Shown here: one piece after another, positions 21,215-27,659 of the stretch | Position numbering within the stretch: position 1 is the first letter of the stretch | Layout of the letters: each line of letters starts with the position of its first letter | The notes under the pieces: generated by a model | Told to the model about the DNA's origin: nothing | Databases searched by the model: none | Seen by the model: the letters and a program-made list of their open reading frames with translations, nothing else | Assembly: GCA_021463645.1 (NCBI GenBank) | Contig: JAJTYI010000005.1 | Location: forward strand, 64,680 to 128,679 | Length of the DNA stretch: 64,000 bases | DNA from: a bacterium | Lineage (GTDB): Bacteria > Patescibacteriota > Dojkabacteria > B142 > OLB20 | Reading direction: 5' to 3' | Position numbers and translations under genes: made by a program

Positions 21215-21475
21215 TTACTCTTTTGATGATTTAAGTAATTGAATAACCCCTTTTATATCTTTCTTCATAATCGCTTCACGCATAGCTTCTTTTTCTTTAT
21301 CGTTTGCATTACTTACATATTCATTCAAAATATGTGCAGAATAACTATTTAACAGTACAGAATCAGAATTCTCCATATCTTCGAAAAAGAATTGCATAAG
21401 ATCATCGTTTAAATCCAATGTTTGCATGAAAAAGTTATTAATATACCCAATTCTACTACATTTGAACGAATTCAT
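21215..21475 (-). CDS. Small hypothetical protein (86 aa), 5 nt upstream of the 966-aa gene
   Basis: ORF only. Position suggests co-transcription. Confidence 0.45.
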   Translation of the reverse strand: MNSFKCSRIGYINNFFMQTLDLNDDLMQFFFEDMENSDSVLLNSYSAHILNEYVSNANDKEKEAMREAIMKKDIKGVIQLLKSSKE

Positions 21476-21630
21476 GTTGTATTTTTTTTAATATAATTAT
21501 TAACGCAATCCTATGTTGCACAGGAGTATTAAAGATATATAGTTTGTATTCCGAGCTATTGGATCTTAAATATAATTTTTATTAGATTATCAGACAACAC
21601 TTAGTTTGATGTGAGTGAAATGCGGATAGC

Positions 21631-21670
21631 GGGAATGGCCACAAGCCACAACTCAGATTAAGTTAAAAGG
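21631..21670 (+). repeat. Interspersed intergenic repeat, copy B (short)
   Basis: GGGAATGGCCACAAGCCACAACTCAGATTAAGTT. Confidence 0.6.
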
Positions 21671-21682
21671 ATGATGGAAAAG

Positions 21683-22108
21683 CTAATTATTGAGTTGTTT
21701 TTTTAGCTTTTCTAATTCTTTTGAAGTCAAACTTTGAAATATGTTTCGTTCAAAGACCTGAGCTTCCTCATAAAGTTCATCGAAAAGTTCTCTCGGCTGT
21801 AAGTGAAAATGTAAATGATTTACTTTTATTCCATCTTGTTTTTGAAAGGGCCTATAATGCTGCCTTATATCACAACCAGAAGCGATATTATTTAAAATCT
21901 TCTCATGAAACTCAATAATCGTTCTAAATAACTCTTTTTGTTCTGCCTCACTCAGTTCAGATAGTCTCTCCACATGTCTTTTTGGAACAACCAAAAGATG
22001 TCCAGGCATTAGACGAGGATTACTAAAGATTACTCTTACAAATTCTTTTTCAATAATAATCTCGTTTTTTGTTTTTTCTGAATCTATTGTACAAAAAGGA
22101 CATTTCAT
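21683..22108 (-). CDS. HIT (histidine triad) family nucleotide hydrolase/transferase
   Basis: The HxHxHxx triad VNHLHFHLQP is present, with PGHLLVVPKRH upstream. Confidence 0.85.
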   Translation of the reverse strand: MKCPFCTIDSEKTKNEIIIEKEFVRVIFSNPRLMPGHLLVVPKRHVERLSELSEAEQKELFRTIIEFHEKILNNIASGCDIRQHYRPFQKQDGIKVNHLHFHLQPRELFDELYEEAQVFERNIFQSLTSKELEKLKKQLNN

Positions 22109-22290
22109 AAATATTTACTGTGTAAGATTGTGTTGATTATAACCAAGATTTGATGGTGGGGGAAAGGTTGGAACTTAAAAAAGATTATTTATGCATAAAT
22201 CCCATTCTAAATAATGTTTATCTACAAAATTAAGTAGGCCAAAACCTCACCTGATATTAATAAATTCTCTCTTTATGATACAATCCAGCT

Positions 22291-23100
22291 TTGATATTTA
22301 ATGTGGATATTTCCGTATTACAGTTAAATTTTTGTCAGGGGCAATATCTAGAAAACTTCTCCACCCTGATCGGTCAATATGGACCTGATATTATTACTCT
22401 GCAGGAAGTAACCGGTGGGGAATATTCCCGTAGTTGCCTTGATAATTATGATTTTCTACGTAGAGAACTGGGTGAAATCTACCACATGTCTCTAATTCCT
22501 AGATTTCATAATGAAGGAGATCCTAGTAGCTATTTTGCAAATGTAACTTTGACAAGGAAAGAATTGGGAAGAGCTAATCACAGAGTTGTTAGATTAAATT
22601 ATCATGAGACCACAGATACTCCTACAGTACCCAAGGAAGGTTACCTCGATCCTATTCGTTATCCCTACTCTGTTTTAGTAACAAGAGTAAATGCACTTAC
22701 TATCTTCAATGGACACTTCACAATTACTCAGGATAAAGATCCTGGCTATAGTCCTTTAAAGATTTTTAGGAACCAAATACTTTTAGATGAAATTAAAAGT
22801 ACGGAGGGACCATGGATTCTGGCAGGGGATTTTAATACTCTTGCACACGATGAAAGCGTAACTATGCTTGTTCCTGAGGGTGGTCATAATCTTATACTGG
22901 AACATGGAATAAATAATACGATAAATCCAATTTCTCATCCTGAATGGTCAGCTATTCGTATGCGAAACGAGGAAAGAGGTGTGAATTGCGATAATATAAT
23001 AACAAGCAGAGGAATTGAAACTATTTCATTCCGTGTTCTAAATGGCAATGTTGTATCAGATCATTTACCTTTGTTGATGGAGGGAAGATTAAGTTTTTAG
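22291..23100 (+). CDS. Endonuclease/exonuclease/phosphatase (EEP) family protein
   Basis: ITLQEV, ILAGDFN and the C-terminal SDHLPL are EEP catalytic motifs. The start codon is uncertain: the track uses TTG 22291. Confidence 0.8.
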   Translation: MIFNVDISVLQLNFCQGQYLENFSTLIGQYGPDIITLQEVTGGEYSRSCLDNYDFLRRELGEIYHMSLIPRFHNEGDPSSYFANVTLTRKELGRANHRVVRLNYHETTDTPTVPKEGYLDPIRYPYSVLVTRVNALTIFNGHFTITQDKDPGYSPLKIFRNQILLDEIKSTEGPWILAGDFNTLAHDESVTMLVPEGGHNLILEHGINNTINPISHPEWSAIRMRNEERGVNCDNIITSRGIETISFRVLNGNVVSDHLPLLMEGRLSF

Positions 23101-23167
23101 CGAGGATTAGATTGAGTTTGAGCAAAAGTAATCAGGGAAAATATACGTAGAAAATTCATCACTTGGC

Positions 23168-23290
23168 GGGAATGGCCACAAGCCACAACTCATGTTAAGT
23201 TCAAACTTCGGAACTCTGTGAACGAAACTTGGAAGCCATGACTTCATCGGGAAAGACTAGTCCAGGGTCTTCTTCAATTCCCAATAAAAA
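23168..23290 (+). repeat. Interspersed intergenic repeat, copy C (long)
   Basis: GGGAATGGCCACAAGCCACAACTCATGTTAAGTTCAAACTTCGGAACTCTGTGAAC... The first ~50 nt are nearly identical to copy D. Confidence 0.65.
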
Positions 23291-23309
23291 CCGATAGTAT
23301 TCTAAGCAT

Positions 23310-23339
23310 TTGACACACAGGCTGCAAGAGTTGTAAAAT
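23310..23339 (+). promoter_or_regulatory. Sigma-70-like promoter for the T-box leader
   Basis: TTGACA (23310-23315), an 18-nt spacer, then TAAAAT (23334-23339) preceded by TG. It lies about 20 nt upstream of the proposed Stem I. Confidence 0.4.
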
Positions 23340-23346
23340 CAATGCA

Positions 23347-23624
23347 ATTGAATAAAACTAGAAGAAAAGTAGCTTAATTGTTGATCACTTAGCAAGTCAA
23401 AGTAGCTGAAAGTTTGACAGAAGTCATAATTAAGTAAAAGAGCTTCTTTTTAATTTAACCGAAGAAAGCATTTTGCAAGTAGGTTAATAATAAAAATGAT
23501 AAATTGATTGATTTATTATTTTATTAATTAAGTATAGAGGTTAACTCTATAGAAGAAAGATGGTACCACGAGAAGGCTCTCGTTCTTTCACTAAATAATT
23601 AGTGTAAGAGCGGGAGCTTTTTTT
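23347..23624 (+). promoter_or_regulatory. T-box riboswitch leader (antiterminator/terminator switch)
   Basis: Antiterminator parts: helix A1 GAAAGA (23555-60) pairs with TCTTTC (23584-89). A 7-nt bulge TGGTACC lies at 23561-67. Helix A2 ACGAGA (23568-73) pairs with TCTCGT (23578-83) around loop AGGC. A competing terminator pairs GCTCTCGTTCTTTCAC (23576-91) with GTGTAAGAGCGGGAGC (23602-17), followed by T7. A Stem III hairpin TATAGAG/CTCTATA sits at 23533-51, and a Stem I candidate CTTAATT(23373-79)/AATTAAG(23428-34). Confidence 0.75.
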
Positions 23625-23639
23625 ATTATTAAAAATACA

Positions 23640-23696
23640 ATGCAAAAAATTAATTTGAGAAGAAACAGAACTAAACATAGGCGGAAGCTCGTTTGA
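23640..23696 (+). CDS. Candidate Arg-rich leader peptide (18 aa, MQKINLRRNRTKHRRKLV)
   Basis: ATG 23640 to TGA 23694-96, with 5 of 18 codons Arg (AGA x3, AGG, CGG). The 3' end (CGGAAGC, 23682-88) is complementary to the 5' arm of the terminator that follows. No obvious Shine-Dalgarno. Confidence 0.3.
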   Translation: MQKINLRRNRTKHRRKLV

Positions 23697-23712
23697 TCTC
23701 TGTTATCAATTT

Positions 23713-23739
23713 AGGCTTCCGAAAGGAAGCCTTTTTTTA
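23713..23739 (+). terminator. Intrinsic terminator 16 nt upstream of the argH start
   Basis: AGGCTTCC, a GAAA loop, GGAAGCCT, then a T-run. Confidence 0.7.
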
Positions 23740-23754
23740 TTTTATTAATTAATT

Positions 23755-25137
23755 ATGAAAAAAACTAAAACAAGCCACGACAAACTATGGGGGAATGCAT
23801 TTACAGAGTCTCCTGAAAAATTAATGATGGAATTTACTTCAAGTCATGACGTTTACCCTATCAATCCAGCTGATTCTGTATTGATACCTTATGATATAAA
23901 ACAAAATATTGCCCAAGTGAAAATGCTCTATAAACAGAAGATATTAAACAAGAAAGAGCATAATAATTTACTAGAAGGATTAAACCAATTATATGGTCTC
24001 TGGGAAAAAGGGGAATTTGTATTAGATCCAATGTTAGAAGACGTTCACACAAATATAGAGAATTGGCTAAGTAAAAAATATGGGATCGATGTTGGAGGGA
24101 AAATACACACAGGACGTTCACGAAATGACCAAGTAGTCACAGATATGTATTTATATCTTCATGACCAAATCCAATACACAATCAAATCAATCCAACTTCT
24201 GAACAAGAGTTTATATAAAAGTGCAAAGAAATATCAGGATACAATTTGTCCGGGTTATACACACCATCAACATGCGGTAGTGACTAGTCTTGGACTTATT
24301 CTACATTCATTTAATATTTCTTTTAAGCGCGATATTAAAGGCTTGCAAGATCTTGCACAAAAGTATAACTACTCCCCTCTTGGCTCAGGTGTAGGTTACG
24401 GAACTTTAATCAATATTGATCCGACATTTTCAGCGAAAGAACTTGGTTTTGAGAGAAAGTTCAAAAATCCAATTGATGTAATATCTAATCGAGGTGAATT
24501 TGAAGCAGCTCTAGCATTCCAAATTTGTCAATTTCTGAATCATGCTTCAAGTCTTGCACAAACATTTATTCTCTTCTCAACTACCGAGTTTGGGTTCTTG
24601 AAACTTGCAGACCATTATTCAACGGGTAGTTCAGCCATGCCACAAAAGAAAAATCCTGATGCTTTGGAGTTAATCAAATCTACTGCTTCCGTCGCAAACA
24701 GTAACGTTTCAGCATTAATGCAAATTACAAAGGGAAACTTAATTGGATATAACCGCGACACTCAAGAAACTAAACACATTGTGTATCACCTATTATCAAA
24801 AGTTGAACTAATTCCAAAAATCCTTAGTGGAATTATCGAGACAATTACAGTATTTCCAAAGGTCCTGGAAAACCAGGCTAACAAAGGATTTATTAATTCT
24901 CTTGGATTAATGGAGATGATTATAAACGAGACAGGTTTACCAATGCGAAAAGCCAAAATTTTAATCGAGTTAAGCATAAAAAAATCTGTTGAAAATGGTT
25001 TCTCTGACAAAGTGGATTTTATATCTTTCAAAGAAGCGCAACAACTCTCAGGAATTATTTGTGATATTTCGGAAGAAAGTTTTTACGTGTGGCAAGATGC
25101 GAATTTTCAATTTAATCAATTAGATTTTAATTATTAA
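23755..25137 (+). CDS. argH: Argininosuccinate lyase
   Basis: GRSRNDQV and the fumarate-lyase signature GSSAMPQKKNPD are present; 460 aa. Confidence 0.95.
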   Translation: MKKTKTSHDKLWGNAFTESPEKLMMEFTSSHDVYPINPADSVLIPYDIKQNIAQVKMLYKQKILNKKEHNNLLEGLNQLYGLWEKGEFVLDPMLEDVHTNIENWLSKKYGIDVGGKIHTGRSRNDQVVTDMYLYLHDQIQYTIKSIQLLNKSLYKSAKKYQDTICPGYTHHQHAVVTSLGLILHSFNISFKRDIKGLQDLAQKYNYSPLGSGVGYGTLINIDPTFSAKELGFERKFKNPIDVISNRGEFEAALAFQICQFLNHASSLAQTFILFSTTEFGFLKLADHYSTGSSAMPQKKNPDALELIKSTASVANSNVSALMQITKGNLIGYNRDTQETKHIVYHLLSKVELIPKILSGIIETITVFPKVLENQANKGFINSLGLMEMIINETGLPMRKAKILIELSIKKSVENGFSDKVDFISFKEAQQLSGIICDISEESFYVWQDANFQFNQLDFNY

Positions 25138-25207
25138 TTATTGTTTATGAGAAAAACAAAATTCTATCTGTAACTTAAATCTATTTAATAAATTTTAAAA
25201 CATAAAA

Positions 25208-26461
25208 ATGAATACAATCACAAAATATCATAAAGTTTCTTCCTATGAAGCCAATATAGGAGAATTCGACAAGGTATTACTTCTCTATTCGGGAGGACTT
25301 GATACTTCTATCATGATTAAATGGCTTCGGGACAACTACAAAATTGATGTTTACACATTAACCATGGACATTGGTCAACAAAAAGATGATTTGGAGTCAA
25401 TAAAACAAAAAGCATTGAAACTTGGTGCTAAAGAAGCAATCATCATTGATGCGAAAGATGATTTTGCAGAATTAGTTATCTCGAAAGGTATCAAAGCGAA
25501 TGCGAGTTACCAAGGTGACTATCATTTATCAACCCCGATGGGTCGTGTGATAATTTCTATGAAAGTTGTCGAAGTATGCAAAAAGAAAAACATTTTTTGC
25601 GTTGCTCATGGTAGTACTGGAAAAGGTAACGATCAGGTACGATTCGAATCGTACATTACAACATTAAATCCAAAAATAAAAATAATTGCGCCCGTTCGTG
25701 AATGGATGATGGATCGAAATGAGGAAATTAAATATGCCTTGAAGAACAAAATACCTACTCCGGCGAATTTTGATTTTCCTTACAGTGTGGACGATAACAT
25801 GTGGGGAATGACATGGGAAGGAGGCGAAATCGAAACACCAGAAGAGATAGCAAGAATCGAGGAATTTTTGACGACTTATACATTAGCCGAAAAGTCTCCC
25901 GAAAAACCGGAAATTATCAAAATAGAATTCAAGAATGGTCTTCCTGTAAGACTTAACGGTGAGGAATTAAAATTATCTGATTTAATCATCAAACTTAATG
26001 GGATTGCTGGAAAACATGGTGTAGGCGTTGTACATATGTTGGAAGATCGTTTAATTGGTGTAAAGAATCGAGGTGTATATGAGCTTCCAGCAGCACATGT
26101 AATTATCAAAGCACACAAATTTTTAGAACAATATGTTTCAACTCGAAACTTGAATGAATATAAGAGTATGCTTGATATTAAATGGGGGTATATGTGTTAT
26201 GGTGCCCTATGGTTTGACCCTTTAATGGATGCGATTAATGCTTTCAATGATAAAGTGAACGAAATTGTGGAAGGTACCGTGACTATAAAACTTCACAAAG
26301 GGAAAGCAGAAACAATTGCAATAAAATCACCATACGGTTTAATAAACACCTCCTTTAACAATGATGAAGGTCATAACTTCAATGTGAATGCAAGTGCAGG
26401 TTTCATTGAAATTTATTCGTTACAAATGAATAAAGCTTATAATAATAAGTTTCTGAAATAG
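25208..26461 (+). CDS. argG: Argininosuccinate synthase
   Basis: YSGGLDTS (ATP-binding PP-loop), HGSTGKGNDQVRFE, and GRV/EDR motifs; 417 aa. Confidence 0.95.
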   Translation: MNTITKYHKVSSYEANIGEFDKVLLLYSGGLDTSIMIKWLRDNYKIDVYTLTMDIGQQKDDLESIKQKALKLGAKEAIIIDAKDDFAELVISKGIKANASYQGDYHLSTPMGRVIISMKVVEVCKKKNIFCVAHGSTGKGNDQVRFESYITTLNPKIKIIAPVREWMMDRNEEIKYALKNKIPTPANFDFPYSVDDNMWGMTWEGGEIETPEEIARIEEFLTTYTLAEKSPEKPEIIKIEFKNGLPVRLNGEELKLSDLIIKLNGIAGKHGVGVVHMLEDRLIGVKNRGVYELPAAHVIIKAHKFLEQYVSTRNLNEYKSMLDIKWGYMCYGALWFDPLMDAINAFNDKVNEIVEGTVTIKLHKGKAETIAIKSPYGLINTSFNNDEGHNFNVNASAGFIEIYSLQMNKAYNNKFLK

Positions 26462-26507
26462 AGACTCTTGGAACACAATTGAATAATCGGAAGCATTTTC
26501 TCTGAAA

Positions 26508-26600
26508 TGGGAATGGCCACGGCCACAACTCAGGTTAGGTTCAAACTTCGGAATTTTGAGAATGAGAGCCTGGATTATGCATTTGGTCTTACCCGTGGTT
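26508..26600 (+). repeat. Interspersed intergenic repeat, copy D
   Basis: GGGAATGGCCACGGCCACAACTCAGGTTAGGTTCAAACTTCGGAATTTTGAGAA... Confidence 0.6.
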
Positions 26601-26613
26601 TGGGTTCAAAAGC

Positions 26614-26898
26614 TCACATTTCCTTAGTTAGCAACCGTTTACTTAGAAATGCTTTACCTGAAGACGTTTTTAAATATTTTTCGAAGGATACTGCCCGATC
26701 TTTCGCTAAAAAACTTAAATAGAAATTCAACCTCCAAGGTGTGCAACCCTTCGTTGAAATAACTTTACCTCGATTATGATATTGCAGTCTGTTCTTCAGA
26801 TCTGTAGTTATTCCCACATAATTTCTTTTGGGATCTTTTTTACTCACAATGAAATACACGTAATACATAGTATTGCAATAATACATATTACTTAACAC
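26614..26898 (-). CDS. GIY-YIG nuclease superfamily protein (94 aa)
   Basis: YYVYFIVSKKDPKRNYVGITTDLKNRLQYHN matches the GIY...YIG...R...H/N pattern of small stand-alone GIY-YIG proteins. Confidence 0.85.
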   Translation of the reverse strand: MLSNMYYCNTMYYVYFIVSKKDPKRNYVGITTDLKNRLQYHNRGKVISTKGCTPWRLNFYLSFLAKDRAVSFEKYLKTSSGKAFLSKRLLTKEM

Positions 26899-26927
26899 AG
26901 TTGCTTTGTACTAGAATACAAGTTGAA

Positions 26928-27054
26928 GCCCAACTTCGCATAAGCTACGTTGGGCTCTCATTCTTCGTCAACTTTTCACTACATTCAAAACCAATAATAC
27001 TGGTGGCTTGCCATTCGAAGCTGTTTTGAACGAAGTGAAAAATAGCGAAGAATG
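26928..27054 (-). other. Nested inverted repeats immediately 3' of ssrA (possible terminator or att relic)
   Basis: Three inverted-repeat pairs: GCCCAAC(26928-34)/GTTGGGC(26949-55); CATTCTTCGTCAACTTTTCAC (26959-79) against GTGAAAAATAGCGAAGAATG (27035-54); inner TTCAAAAC/GTTTTGAA. Confidence 0.35.
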
Positions 27055-27512
27055 GAGATGGCGGGAATCGAACCCGCGTCCAAACGATACAGCGACTTAC
27101 ATACTACAAGCTTAGTTGATTTAATTTGAAACAGTTTGATCGAAATCAACAAAAGCCAAACTGCTTTGATTTATAAGTGCTTCGATTTTAAGCATAAATC
27201 AAACTTAAAACCTGCAACTTGACTAAGTTTCTCCCCAACCCTCCCGCCAAGTGAGGAGAGAATGAGAAGGTTGCTTACTTGTCCGCCGAAGCTTACGCGA
27301 AGGCGGGATTAATTAGGCAACAGCAAAGTTGAATTGAGGTTCGACATTGAAAAATGCTACTACTCTATCAACGAAGCCTTGAATTTTGGTTTTGACGCTT
27401 AAGTCAATTTCCGATTGCTCGGAATATCCTCCCATTTTTAACGAAGTGGCAGGATAAAGCACTTCGGCTTGCTGTAAATCACGGTCATCATCTGTCGAAG
27501 CCGATCATCCCC
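27053..27512 (-). ncRNA. ssrA: tmRNA (transfer-messenger RNA)
   Basis: The minus-strand RNA begins GGGGATGATCGGCTTCGACAGATGATGACCG and ends GGACGCGGGTTCGATTCCCGCCATCTCCA. The acceptor pairing GGGGAUG/CAUCUCC includes a G-U at position 3. An internal open frame ends ...QFNFAVA-TAA (stop at 27313-27315), consistent with a proteolysis tag. The CCA end is not encoded. Confidence 0.9.
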
Positions 27513-27555
27513 TTCTTGGTATCAAATTTATATTAATAACAAATAGGGTATTAAT

Positions 27556-27564
27556 ATTATACCA
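27556..27564 (-). promoter_or_regulatory. Extended -10 element (TGGTATAAT) upstream of ssrA
   Basis: The reverse complement of 27556-27564 reads TGGTATAAT. It would give a ~35-nt precursor leader before the mature 5' end. Confidence 0.3.
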
Positions 27565-27659
27565 TCTCATACTCAATAAAATACTAATATTATTTGTTCT
27601 ATTGAGCTTCAGTTTTCCTTATAAATAATTTAAACTATAAGGGAAATACAATTGTTTTC

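Noticed and set aside
23168-23180. Strong claim that the interspersed repeats are ssrA-derived att sites
   Set aside because: The match to the ssrA 3' end covers only about 10 nt (GGCGGGAAT plus flanks) and could be chance. It is kept only as a hypothesis within the repeat-family finding.
26507-26722. 71-aa plus-strand ORF (MGMATATTQVRF...)
   Set aside because: It starts inside repeat copy D. Other copies of the repeat carry stops in the same frame. Its 3' half is antisense to the GIY-YIG gene.
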